Assembly (NCBI GenBank): GCA_003550345.1
Contig: PUJZ01000027.1
Span: 15,134-79,133, forward strand
Direction: 5' to 3'
Length of the DNA: 64,000 bases
From: Methanomassiliicoccaceae archaeon
GTDB lineage: Archaea > Thermoplasmatota > Thermoplasmata > Methanomassiliicoccales > Methanomethylophilaceae
Shown: in pieces, positions 38,641-47,599 of the stretch
How positions within the stretch are numbered: position 1 is the stretch's first letter
Layout of the letters: each line of letters begins with the position of its first letter
Notes under the pieces: generated by a model
What the model was told of the DNA's origin: nothing
The model's database searches: none
The model's input: only the letters and a program-made list of their open reading frames with translations
Translations under genes and position numbers: made by a program

Positions 38641-40311
38641 ATGAACGGCCGCATCGGCAGCACGGAACCGGGCCTCCGCCCCATCGAGGAGGTGGCGGAG
38701 TCCCTCGGCCTCGACCGCGAGGATCTTGTACTCTACGGCCGGGAGACCGCCAAGGTCCCCCTGTCGTCCCTGGAGGGCCTGAGGGGTCGCCCCGACGGCA
38801 AGCTGGTGGTCACCACCGCCATAACCGCCACCCCGGCAGGGGAGGGGAAGACCGTCACCACCATCGGCCTGGTGCAGGGACTGGGAAGGCTGGGCGTCAA
38901 GGCCATGGGCACGCTGCGCGAGCCTTCGCTGGGGCCCACGTTCGGCATCAAGGGGGGCGCCACCGGCGGCGGCCGGGCGCAGGTGCACCCCATGGTGGAC
39001 ATCAACCTCCATTTCACCGGCGACATCCACGCGGTGGGCGCCGCCCACAACCTGCTCTCGGCGGTGCTGGAGAACCACATCGCCAAAGGCAACGAGCTCG
39101 ACATCGATCCCGTGCGCATCATGCTGGGCAAGGCCATGGACATCGGCTCGCGGGAGCTGAGGCACATCGTCATCGGCCTGGGGGGCAAGGCCCGGGGCGG
39201 CGTCCCCCATGAGAGCTCGTTCATGATCACCCCCGCCTCGGAGATCAGCGCCATCCTCGCCCTCGCCAACGACCTGGGCGACCTGAGGCGCCGCCTGGAG
39301 GAGATGACGGTGGCCTACGACAACCAGGGCCGGCCGGTGCTGGCCCGGCAGCTGGGCTGCGTAGGGTCGCTGATGGCGCTGCTGAAGGACGCGGTGAACC
39401 CCAACCTGGTGCAGACCGTCGAGGGGCAGCCGGTCTTCGTGCACGGCTTCCCCTTCGCCAACATCGCCCACGGCACCAACTCGGTGATAGCCACGCGCTA
39501 CGCCCTCAAGCTCGCCGACGTGGTGGTCACGGAGACCGGCTTCGCCGCCGACCTGGGGGCGGAGAAGTTCTTCAACATCGTCTGCCGGCAGTCGGGCCTC
39601 AGGCCCGACTGCGTGGTGATGGTGGCCTCGCTGCGGGCGCTTAAGATGCACGGCGGCAAGGCGGTGGAGGAATGCCACCTCCCTGACGCGGACGCCCTGG
39701 AGGAGGGGATGGGCAACCTCTACCGCCACCTCTCCAACGTCGGCCTCTTCGGCCTCCCGGCGGTGGTGGCCCTGAACCGTTTCCCCGGCGACGCGGACGA
39801 TGAGCTGGAGATGGTGCTAGAGCGGCTGCGGGGCATGGGCGTGGAGGCGGCGGTCTCCACCGTCTTCGAGGACGGCGGGGCCGGGGGCGTGGAGCTCGCC
39901 CAGAAGGTCCAAGCGGTGCTCGAGAGGGGGGAGAGCGATTTCCGCAGCCTCTACGAATGCTCGCTGGACATCAGGGAGAAGGTGGAGACGGTGGCCAAGA
40001 AGGTCTACGGCGCGGGGCAGGTTATTTTCCTCAGCGCCGCCGAGAAGGCCATCGACGCCGCCGAGGGGCACGGCTACGGACGCCTGCCGGTGTGCATGGC
40101 CAAGACCCAGGCCTCGCTCAGCGATGACCCGCGCAAGCGCGGGGCCCCCGAGGGCTGGAAGCTCACCGTAAGGGAGGTCTTCATATCCAGCGGCGCGGGA
40201 TTCGTGGTCCCGGTCTGCGGCCAGATGAACCTGATGCCAGGGCTGCCCAAGCGCCCCTCGGCGCTCGACATCGACCTGGACGAGAACGGCCAGGTCACCG
40301 GTCTGCGCTGA
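38641..40311 (+). CDS. fhs: Formate-tetrahydrofolate ligase
   Basis: TPAGEGKT, REPSLGP.FGIKGGATGGG, NLHFTGD, PFANIAHG, GFAADLGAEKF, CMAKTQ, MPGLP. Confidence 0.97.
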   Translation: MNGRIGSTEPGLRPIEEVAESLGLDREDLVLYGRETAKVPLSSLEGLRGRPDGKLVVTTAITATPAGEGKTVTTIGLVQGLGRLGVKAMGTLREPSLGPTFGIKGGATGGGRAQVHPMVDINLHFTGDIHAVGAAHNLLSAVLENHIAKGNELDIDPVRIMLGKAMDIGSRELRHIVIGLGGKARGGVPHESSFMITPASEISAILALANDLGDLRRRLEEMTVAYDNQGRPVLARQLGCVGSLMALLKDAVNPNLVQTVEGQPVFVHGFPFANIAHGTNSVIATRYALKLADVVVTETGFAADLGAEKFFNIVCRQSGLRPDCVVMVASLRALKMHGGKAVEECHLPDADALEEGMGNLYRHLSNVGLFGLPAVVALNRFPGDADDELEMVLERLRGMGVEAAVSTVFEDGGAGGVELAQKVQAVLERGESDFRSLYECSLDIREKVETVAKKVYGAGQVIFLSAAEKAIDAAEGHGYGRLPVCMAKTQASLSDDPRKRGAPEGWKLTVREVFISSGAGFVVPVCGQMNLMPGLPKRPSALDIDLDENGQVTGLR

Positions 40312-41119
40312 ACCGGCGCTCCAGCTCCTCGAGGGTGAGGACCTCGAAGCCGAGGTCCTTGGCGCGGCCGAGCACCTGGGCCAGGGCCTCCGTCTGCGCC
40401 GCCGCCTCCGCCTTGCCGCGGCGCCCGTCGCGGACGCCCTCCGCCACATGCCAGCTGTGAGTCGCCATCACCAAGGCCCCCGCCCGGAAGCGCTCCAGCA
40501 TGCCGAAGTAGTCCTCCACCGGCCGGCGGCCCTCGTGCATCGCCCACAGGTAGGAGTCCATGATTCGCCCCTCGGCGTCCCTGTCCCTCGCCAACGGGAT
40601 CTCCAGCATGCCGTTGTCCAGCCTCCATGGCGTCACCGACCCCTCCTCCGCGGCCGCCGTCATCGACGAGTCGTAGGAGAAGCCCTCCTCCCCCAGATGG
40701 GAGAGGACGCGCGGGTCGATGTTCAGGTAGGGCGCGCGGAAGCCGCGGGGGACGATGCCGCAGCGGGAGGACAGCGCCTCCTTGGAGCGGCGTATTATGG
40801 CGCGCAGCTCCCCGTCGTCGGGGACGAGGCCGCTGCTCTCGCCGGTGAGGTCCTCATGGCCCATGCCGTGGCAGGCGAGCTCGTGCCCCCTCAGCACCGA
40901 GGCGTCGGGGAGGCTGAGCAGGGTCTCCCCCTCGGCGAAGACCGTGGCCGGCAGCGACAGGGAGCGAAGCATGTCGGCGATGGCCTCCATGCCCTCGGCC
41001 GAGGCGGAGTGGCGCGGCGGGACGCCCCGCCCCCGGTCGCGGGACGCCGCCGCCATCTCGCCTGGGACGGCGACGTTGCAGTCCCGGTCGAGGTCAACGG
41101 TGAACGCCAAGACCCTCAT
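40295..41119 (-). CDS. Polysaccharide deacetylase (NodB/CE4) family protein
   Basis: FTVDLD, ATVF, HELACHGMGH, GFRAPY, YDSS, THSW; start uncertain (41119 or 41146). Confidence 0.78.
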   Translation of the reverse strand: MRVLAFTVDLDRDCNVAVPGEMAAASRDRGRGVPPRHSASAEGMEAIADMLRSLSLPATVFAEGETLLSLPDASVLRGHELACHGMGHEDLTGESSGLVPDDGELRAIIRRSKEALSSRCGIVPRGFRAPYLNIDPRVLSHLGEEGFSYDSSMTAAAEEGSVTPWRLDNGMLEIPLARDRDAEGRIMDSYLWAMHEGRRPVEDYFGMLERFRAGALVMATHSWHVAEGVRDGRRGKAEAAAQTEALAQVLGRAKDLGFEVLTLEELERRFSADR

Positions 41120-41238
41120 GCCCTGCGGAGCGCGTTGCGGCTGCATCAATGTGACAAGGCCGCCGGCGGACATAAAGGTTATATCCGCCCTGCCCTTGAA
41201 TGAAGATGCGCCCCCCGGGGGCGGGCGGAGGTCAGGCA

Positions 41239-41916
41239 ATGATAATCGGCGAGCAGAAAGCGTTGGATGAGATCGTCGCCATGGTGGAGAAGGAGGGCGG
41301 GGGCCGCATACTGGTGGCCGGCTGCCGGTCCTGCGTGGCGGTATGCCTCGCCGGCGGCGAGGACGAGGTCGAGCAGCTCGCCGGCTCCCTCCGCGAACAC
41401 TCCGAGGAGCGCTCGTTGGGGTGGGAGCTGCGCACGGTGACCCTGCAGAGGCAGTGCGAGCGCTCCTTCGACGAGGCCATAGCCGATCTGGTGGAATGGT
41501 CCGACGTGCTGGTATCCCTGGGCTGCGGCGTCGGCGCCCAGGTCCTCAGCGAGGTCTACCCGGACAGGGTGGTGCTGCCCGGAATCGACACCTCGTCGAT
41601 GGGCGCCCCGGACGGGAGGGGGAAATGGAAGGAGCGTTGCGCCGGATGCGGGGACTGCACCGTCCATCTCAGCGGCGGCATATGCCCCATCGCCCGCTGC
41701 TCGAAGATGCTGCAGAACGGCCCCTGCGGCGGGTCGCAGGGGGGCAAGTGCGAGACCTCCCCGGACCGGGACTGCGCCTGGCAGCTGATATACGACCATC
41801 TGCGCGCCAAGGGCAGGCTCGACCTCCTGGAGACCCCGCTGCCGCCCAAGGACTGGTCCAGGTCGCGCGACGGCGGCCCCCGCACGGTGGTCAAGGGCGG
41901 GGGGTCGGGGCGTTGA
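41239..41916 (+). CDS. metV: Methylene-THF reductase accessory Fe-S/Zn subunit MetV
   Basis: GC..C..C..GG, RQCE, CGVG.Q, CAGCGDC, CPIARCSK.L.NGPCGG..GKCE..CAW. Confidence 0.88.
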   Translation: MIIGEQKALDEIVAMVEKEGGGRILVAGCRSCVAVCLAGGEDEVEQLAGSLREHSEERSLGWELRTVTLQRQCERSFDEAIADLVEWSDVLVSLGCGVGAQVLSEVYPDRVVLPGIDTSSMGAPDGRGKWKERCAGCGDCTVHLSGGICPIARCSKMLQNGPCGGSQGGKCETSPDRDCAWQLIYDHLRAKGRLDLLETPLPPKDWSRSRDGGPRTVVKGGGSGR

Positions 41917-42836
41917 AGTCCGACGGTTCCCTGGAGCGCCTGCTCGCCGACGGGGAGTTCGTCGTCACCTCGGAGATAGGGCCGCCCAAGTCCGCCGACG
42001 GCGAGAGTGTGCGGCGCAAGGCCCGTCTCATGAAGGGGCATGCCGATGCTTTCAACGTCACCGACAACCAGACCGCCATCGTGAGGATGTCCTCGCTGGC
42101 GGCCAGCCTCTTCTGCATACAGGAGGGCGTGGAGCCCATCATGCAGATGACCTGCAGGGACCGCAACCGCCTCGCCATGCAGTCGGAGGTCCTCGGGGCC
42201 GCCGCGCTGGGCGTCAAGAACCTGCTGTGCATAACCGGCGACCACCAGAAGTTCGGGAACCAGCCCCAGTCGCGCAACGTCTTCGACCTCGACTCCTCCC
42301 AGCAGCTGATGGTCTTCAAACGGATGCGGGACGAGGGGGAGATGTGGTGCGGGGACCCCATCGAAACGCCCCCCCGCATGTTCCTGGGGGCGGCGGCCAA
42401 CCCGTTCGCCGACCCCGTGGAGCTGGGAGTGGTGAGGCTGGCCAAGAAGGTGCAGGCGGGCGCGGACTTCATCCAGACCCAGGCCATCTTCGACCTGCAG
42501 CGTTTCGAGGAATGGATGGGCATGGTGCGCTCCCGCGGGGTCGACAAGGACGTGCACATCCTGGCGGGGATCATCCCCCTGCGTTCGGCCAAGGCGGCCA
42601 GGTTCATGGCCACCAAGGTCCCGGGGATGCGCGTCCCCGAAGAGGTGCTGGAGCGGATGGAGGGGGCCTCCGATGAGAGGGCCGAGGGAATGAGGATTTG
42701 CCTGGAGACCATCGAGGAGCTGCGCGGCCGCCCGGGCATCGCCGGCATCCATCTGATGCCGGTGAACTGGGAGAGCGCCCTTCCTGAGATAGTGGAGAGG
42801 GCGGGGCTGCTGCCCCGGCCTCAGGCGCGCAGGTAG
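41913..42836 (+). CDS. metF: Methylenetetrahydrofolate reductase (MetF, acetogen MetVF type)
   Basis: VTSEIGPPK, NVTDNQ, QMTCRDRNR, TGDH, KKVQAGADFIQTQ; TTG start overlaps the metV stop (TTGA). Confidence 0.92.
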   Translation: MKSDGSLERLLADGEFVVTSEIGPPKSADGESVRRKARLMKGHADAFNVTDNQTAIVRMSSLAASLFCIQEGVEPIMQMTCRDRNRLAMQSEVLGAAALGVKNLLCITGDHQKFGNQPQSRNVFDLDSSQQLMVFKRMRDEGEMWCGDPIETPPRMFLGAAANPFADPVELGVVRLAKKVQAGADFIQTQAIFDLQRFEEWMGMVRSRGVDKDVHILAGIIPLRSAKAARFMATKVPGMRVPEEVLERMEGASDERAEGMRICLETIEELRGRPGIAGIHLMPVNWESALPEIVERAGLLPRPQARR

Positions 42837-43609
42837 TCCTCGCAGTAGAGCTTCTGGTCGAGGAGGACCTGCGCCGTCTTGACGGTGTCCATGGTCATCC
42901 TGTCCTCGGGGTCCAGTATGGCGGCGCTCAGGCCGGCCCCCATCAGCATCGCCAGGTAGGTGCTGTTGAGCAGGCTGCGGTCGCGGCATCCGTTGGACAC
43001 GTTGCTCAGCCCAACCACCGTGCGGGGGGCGGGGTCGTTGAGCATGCGGAACGCCCGCAGCGCCTCTATGACCTTCCAGCCCTGGTCCTGGGCGGCGACC
43101 ACCGGGAGGACCAGCGGGTCGAGGAGTATGCGTTCGGGCATCACATCGTGCTCCATGGCGGTGGTCATCATGAGCATGGCCATCTCCGCGCGGCTGTCCG
43201 CGTCGTTGGGGACCCCGCGCTCGTCCATGGTCAGGCAGATTATGTCAGCGTCGTGCTCCCTCGCCAGAGGGAAGAGGGCCAGCATCTTCTCCGCCTCGGC
43301 GGTGCTGGAGTTGATTATCGCCGGGTTCTCGCAGGCCTCCAGGCCGGCGGCCATCGTCTTCAGCCCGGGGGTGTCGATGCACAGGGGCAGATCGCTCGCC
43401 TCCTGCACCGTCCTCACCAGCCAGCGCATTGCCTCCGGGCCCTCGGCGCCCCGGCCCGGCCCGATGTTCACGTCCAGCGCCCCCGCGCCCGCCTGCACCT
43501 GACGGAGGGTCAGCTCCTGGATGAAGTCCGAGTCCCTCTCGTCGATGGCCTTGCCCACGGAGCGGAAAAGGCCGTTTATCCTCTCGCTGATGACCATCAT
43601 GTCCTTCAT
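42821..43609 (-). CDS. acsE: Methyltetrahydrofolate:corrinoid methyltransferase (AcsE type, pterin-binding TIM barrel)
   Basis: ISERINGLF, LDVNIGP, PLCIDT, IINS, DPLVLPV..Q, VGLSNVS, GL.AAILD. Confidence 0.88.
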   Translation of the reverse strand: MKDMMVISERINGLFRSVGKAIDERDSDFIQELTLRQVQAGAGALDVNIGPGRGAEGPEAMRWLVRTVQEASDLPLCIDTPGLKTMAAGLEACENPAIINSSTAEAEKMLALFPLAREHDADIICLTMDERGVPNDADSRAEMAMLMMTTAMEHDVMPERILLDPLVLPVVAAQDQGWKVIEALRAFRMLNDPAPRTVVGLSNVSNGCRDRSLLNSTYLAMLMGAGLSAAILDPEDRMTMDTVKTAQVLLDQKLYCEDYLRA

Positions 43610-43728
43610 TGGTTGATATCGCATCATTATAAAAAAGATGACCCGCAGGGGGAATCCATTACATTTATGATTGACCTAGCGATATAGGCATGGCATACCC
43701 CGGTATGCCCGCATCGGGAGGAATCTCA

Positions 43729-45288
43729 CTGGTAAGAATCGAGAGGGCGCTTCTGAGTGTTTCTGACAAGGAGGGAGTGGTCGAGTTCGCGCGGGAGCTG
43801 GACTCCATGGGGGTGGAGCTGGTGTCCACCGGAGGCACGGCCAAGCTGCTGGCGGAGGCCGGTCTGGATGTGATCGAGGTATCCGAGATAACCGGATTCC
43901 CGGAGATGCTCGACGGCAGGGTCAAGACCCTGCACCCCCGCATACATGCCGGCATACTCGCCCGCCGCGACTCCCCGGAGCACATGGAGGCCATCGAGGC
44001 GATGGGGATAGGCCCCATAGACATGGTCGTCATCGACCTCTACCCCTTCAAGAGGACGGTGGCGGAGGCCCCGGACGACATGGAGGCCATCATCGAGAAC
44101 ATAGACATCGGCGGGCCCAGCATGCTGAGGGCGGCCGCCAAGAACCACCGCTCGGTGGCGGTGGTCAGCTCGCCGCAGCAGTACCCCATGGTTCTTGAAG
44201 AGATGCGGGGCGGCGGGACCGTGAGCGAGGAGACCCGGAGCTGGCTCATGGCGGATGCCTTCATAAGGAGCGCCAACTACGATGCGATGGTCGCGGACGT
44301 CATGAGGAGGCGGCACCAGCCTGATGTCTTCCCCGCCTCCCTGCCCTTCCCCAACGAGAAGGTGATGGGCCTGCGCTACGGCGAGAACCCCGACCAGAAG
44401 GCGGCCTTCTACGCCGACCCCTTCACCGAGGGACCGACCGTGGCCAAGGCGGAGCAGCTGCACGGCAAGCAGCTGTCGTTCAACAACATACTCGACCTCG
44501 ACAAGGCGCTGGACATAGCCATGGACTTCGAGCGCCCCACCGCGGTCATCATGAAGCACACCAACCCCTGCGGCCTCGCCAGCGCCGATGACGTGCACCG
44601 GGCCTTCGTGGACGCCTATGCGGTGGACCCGAAGTCGGCCTTCGGCTGCGTCATATGCCTGAACCGCGTCTGCCCCGCGTCGGTGGCGGAGGAGATACGC
44701 GACAACAAGTACTTCGTGGAGGCCATCATCGCCCCCGATTTCGAGCAGGGCGCCTTGGACATACTCCTGCAGAGGAAGAACGTCCGCCTGCTGAGGACCG
44801 GCTGCCCCATCGGGCCCTCCGTCCGCAGCCGCGAGCTGAAGATGAAGAAGGTGCAGGGCGGCATCCTGGTGCAGACCGATGAGGAGCTGAGGATCTCCCC
44901 CGAGGACCTCAAGGTGGTCACCAAACGGGCGCCCAGCGAGGAGGAGATGCGGGCGCTGCTCTTCGCCTGGAAGCTGGTTAAGCACGTCTGGTCCAATTCG
45001 GTGGTCTATGTGAAGGGGGAGAGGGCCGTGGGCATCGGCGCGGGGCAGATGAGCCGGGTGGACTCAGCGATGATTGCCAGTGTTAAAGGTGGGGATGACA
45101 CCGAGGGCAGCGTGATGGCCTCGGACGCGTTCTTCCCCTTCCGCGACGGCGTGGACGAGGCCGCCAAGGCGGGGGTGACCGCCATCATCCAGCCGGGCGG
45201 CTCGATAAGGGACCAGGAGTCGATAGACGCCGCCGACGAGCACGGCATGGCCATGGTCTTCACCGGCTGCCGCGTCTTCCGCCACTGA
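43729..45288 (+). CDS. purH: Bifunctional AICAR transformylase/IMP cyclohydrolase
   Basis: [71 protein letters not shown]; start either CTG 43729 after GGAGG or upstream ATG 43690/43705. Confidence 0.96.
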   Translation: MVRIERALLSVSDKEGVVEFARELDSMGVELVSTGGTAKLLAEAGLDVIEVSEITGFPEMLDGRVKTLHPRIHAGILARRDSPEHMEAIEAMGIGPIDMVVIDLYPFKRTVAEAPDDMEAIIENIDIGGPSMLRAAAKNHRSVAVVSSPQQYPMVLEEMRGGGTVSEETRSWLMADAFIRSANYDAMVADVMRRRHQPDVFPASLPFPNEKVMGLRYGENPDQKAAFYADPFTEGPTVAKAEQLHGKQLSFNNILDLDKALDIAMDFERPTAVIMKHTNPCGLASADDVHRAFVDAYAVDPKSAFGCVICLNRVCPASVAEEIRDNKYFVEAIIAPDFEQGALDILLQRKNVRLLRTGCPIGPSVRSRELKMKKVQGGILVQTDEELRISPEDLKVVTKRAPSEEEMRALLFAWKLVKHVWSNSVVYVKGERAVGIGAGQMSRVDSAMIASVKGGDDTEGSVMASDAFFPFRDGVDEAAKAGVTAIIQPGGSIRDQESIDAADEHGMAMVFTGCRVFRH

Positions 45289-45474
45289 TCACTCCTCATC
45301 GTCGAAGATTATCATCGGCCTGCCCTCGGCCTTCCTCTTCATATGGCCCCCGGGCCCGCCCCTCTCCTTGCGCGCCGCGTCGATGCATTCCTCCGACTCG
45401 CAGGTGAAGGCGGCGAAGACGAAGTTCTTCGCGGTCCTGCCGCAGAACTGGCATACGTAGTCCTCGATGTTCAT
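45289..45474 (-). CDS. Small Cys-rich (putative Zn-finger) hypothetical protein
   Basis: CQFC...C...C and RGGPGGH; 61 aa; abuts the purH stop. Confidence 0.65.
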   Translation of the reverse strand: MNIEDYVCQFCGRTAKNFVFAAFTCESEECIDAARKERGGPGGHMKRKAEGRPMIIFDDEE

Positions 45475-45549
45475 GCCCGGGAATCGCCCCCTACGGATAT
45501 GCTTTTTGCGGGGGAAAATTCCTTAACCGGAATCCCGATAAAGCAGGGG

Positions 45550-46011
45550 ATGGATGATTTCGACCTCGATGACATCTCCGACCAGCGTCTCACGGAGATG
45601 TTCTCCCTCGCCGGCTGCCAGGACTGCGGCGCCTGCGCCCGGGCCTGCCCCAGCGCCAGGCACGGGGGCATCGACCCCCACGAACTGGTCCAGGGGATGC
45701 TCGGCGGGGGGAGCGAGGAGAACGTGTGGGACTGCCTCCTCTGCTACATCTGCGATGACGTCTGCCCGGCGGACATCGGGATCGCCCTGCTGATAACCCA
45801 TCTCCGCTACCGCTCCGCCCTGGAGGGTGATGCCCCTGGGCGCTTCAAAAGGGGCGCGGCCTCCTTCCTCAAGGAGGGCCGCGGCTTCCCCAAGGGGCCG
45901 CGGACGGCCCGGTCCCGCGAGGACCTCGGCCTGCCCGAGATGGGGAACGGGGACCGGGCCATGCGGGAGCTGGGCAAGATAGTCTCGCGAACGAGGTTCT
46001 CCCATGAATGA
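45550..46011 (+). CDS. hdrC: HdrC-like 4Fe-4S dicluster protein
   Basis: CQDCGACARACP, WDCLLCYICDDVCP, R..LGLP; overlaps the hdrB-like gene. Confidence 0.78.
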   Translation: MDDFDLDDISDQRLTEMFSLAGCQDCGACARACPSARHGGIDPHELVQGMLGGGSEENVWDCLLCYICDDVCPADIGIALLITHLRYRSALEGDAPGRFKRGAASFLKEGRGFPKGPRTARSREDLGLPEMGNGDRAMRELGKIVSRTRFSHE

Positions 46012-46786
46012 TCCCTACCTCTATCCTGGCTGCGCTATACCCGCGAAGCTCCCCTTCGTTGAGGCCGCCGCCCGCTTCCTGCTCGACGCCCTTGGGATCG
46101 CCCATGAGGACTTCCCGGACTTCACCTGCTGCGTCGAGCCGGTGGGCCTGAGGTCGCTGGGGCTGGAGACCTGGCTCGTCAGCGGGGCCCGGCTGCATGC
46201 CATCGCCGGCCGCGGCGGGCGCTCGGTCCTGACGCTCTGCGACGGCTGCACCCTGTCATTGAAGGAATCGGGAGAGCTGCTGGACGCCAGCGGCAAGGGG
46301 ATCGCCGCCCCCGTGCTGAGGGAGCTGGGGATGGAGTACCGCGGCCAGGCCGAGGTGCTGGGCCTGATGGAGCTCCTGCACTCCCGCCTCGAGGACCTCA
46401 AGGGATTGAGGAGCGGCGACTGCAAGCTCCGCCTGGGCATACACCCGGGCTGCCATGCCGAGCACCTCTCGGAGAACTCCGGCGGCGCCAGCGCCATGCT
46501 CGCGGAGATCGTCGAGGCCCTGGGCTGCGAGGCGGTGCGGGCGAGGGAGCGGGTATGCTGCGGAGGCTCGCTGACATCGGTCAACGACGAGGTCTCGAGG
46601 AAAGTGAGCGAGGAGGCCGTCTCCTCCTACCCGGGCGTGGACGCGCTGGTAACATCATGCCCGTTCTGCTTCCTGCAGTTCGACACGGTCACCAGAAGAA
46701 TCCCGGTCATCCACGTGGCGGAGCTGGCGGCCGGCTGCCTCGGCTGGGAGCTGGACTGCCTCTCCCATCATCGCACCCGCCTCTAG
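46004..46786 (+). CDS. hdrB: HdrB-like CCG-domain protein
   Basis: YPGC, FTCC, LCDGC, HPGCH, CCGG, SCPFCFLQFD, PVIH. Confidence 0.82.
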   Translation: MNDPYLYPGCAIPAKLPFVEAAARFLLDALGIAHEDFPDFTCCVEPVGLRSLGLETWLVSGARLHAIAGRGGRSVLTLCDGCTLSLKESGELLDASGKGIAAPVLRELGMEYRGQAEVLGLMELLHSRLEDLKGLRSGDCKLRLGIHPGCHAEHLSENSGGASAMLAEIVEALGCEAVRARERVCCGGSLTSVNDEVSRKVSEEAVSSYPGVDALVTSCPFCFLQFDTVTRRIPVIHVAELAAGCLGWELDCLSHHRTRL

Positions 46787-47595
46787 AGCAGGTGCAGGGA
46801 GAACTGCAGCGACGGGGCGGAGTGGGTGAGGAAGCCCATCGACACCCGGTCGGCGGCCGCGGCGTACAGGGGGGCCTCCGCGGGGCCGATGCCGCCGGAC
46901 GCCTCGACCATCACGCCGGGGTGCTCCTCCTTTATCCTGAGGTAGCAGCGGCGGGCCTCCGCGGGGCTCATGTTGTCGAGAAGCACCACGTCCGCCCCCC
47001 AGGAGGCGGCGGCGAGGGCGGCGGCCAAATCCTCGGCCTCAACGACCACCGTGCCTGGCCCCCTGCCCTCGAGGAGCGCGAGGGCCTTGTCCATCCCCCC
47101 GGCGGCGTCGATGTGGTTGTCCTTGACCATGATATGGTCCGAGAGGCTCATGCGGTGGGGCTCGCCCCCGCCCAGCTCCACCGCCTTCTTCTGCAATGCG
47201 CGGAGCCCCGGCAGGGTCTTGCGGGTGGCGGCCACGGTGACCGCCGGGTTCACGGCGCGGCAGCCCTCCAGGACCTCCCGCGTGACGGTGGCGACCCCGG
47301 ACATCATCATCATGATGTTGAGGCAGGTCCTCTCCCGCAGCAGTATCTGGCGCAGGTCCCCCTCCACCCTCATCACCTCGTCGCCGGCGGCGAGGTGGGA
47401 GCCGTCCTTCATGACAGCGATGACCTCCAGGCCGCCGTCGCGGAACAGCCATGCCGCCTCCTCCGCCCCGGCGAGCACCCCGGGGGCGCCGCTGCTCACC
47501 GTGGCGCGCGCCTCGGCGCCCGCGGGCACGAGCAGCTCGCTGGTGACGTCGCCCGCGGGGGCGTCCTCCTCCAGGAAGAGCCTCAGTCGCTCCAT
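46783..47595 (-). CDS. nadC: Quinolinate phosphoribosyltransferase
   Basis: ED...GDVTS, ER..LN, SGVAT, TRKTLPG, HR..LSD..VKDNH, LLDN, EASGGI. Confidence 0.95.
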   Translation of the reverse strand: MERLRLFLEEDAPAGDVTSELLVPAGAEARATVSSGAPGVLAGAEEAAWLFRDGGLEVIAVMKDGSHLAAGDEVMRVEGDLRQILLRERTCLNIMMMMSGVATVTREVLEGCRAVNPAVTVAATRKTLPGLRALQKKAVELGGGEPHRMSLSDHIMVKDNHIDAAGGMDKALALLEGRGPGTVVVEAEDLAAALAAASWGADVVLLDNMSPAEARRCYLRIKEEHPGVMVEASGGIGPAEAPLYAAAADRVSMGFLTHSAPSLQFSLHLL

Positions 47596-47599
47596 ATGC

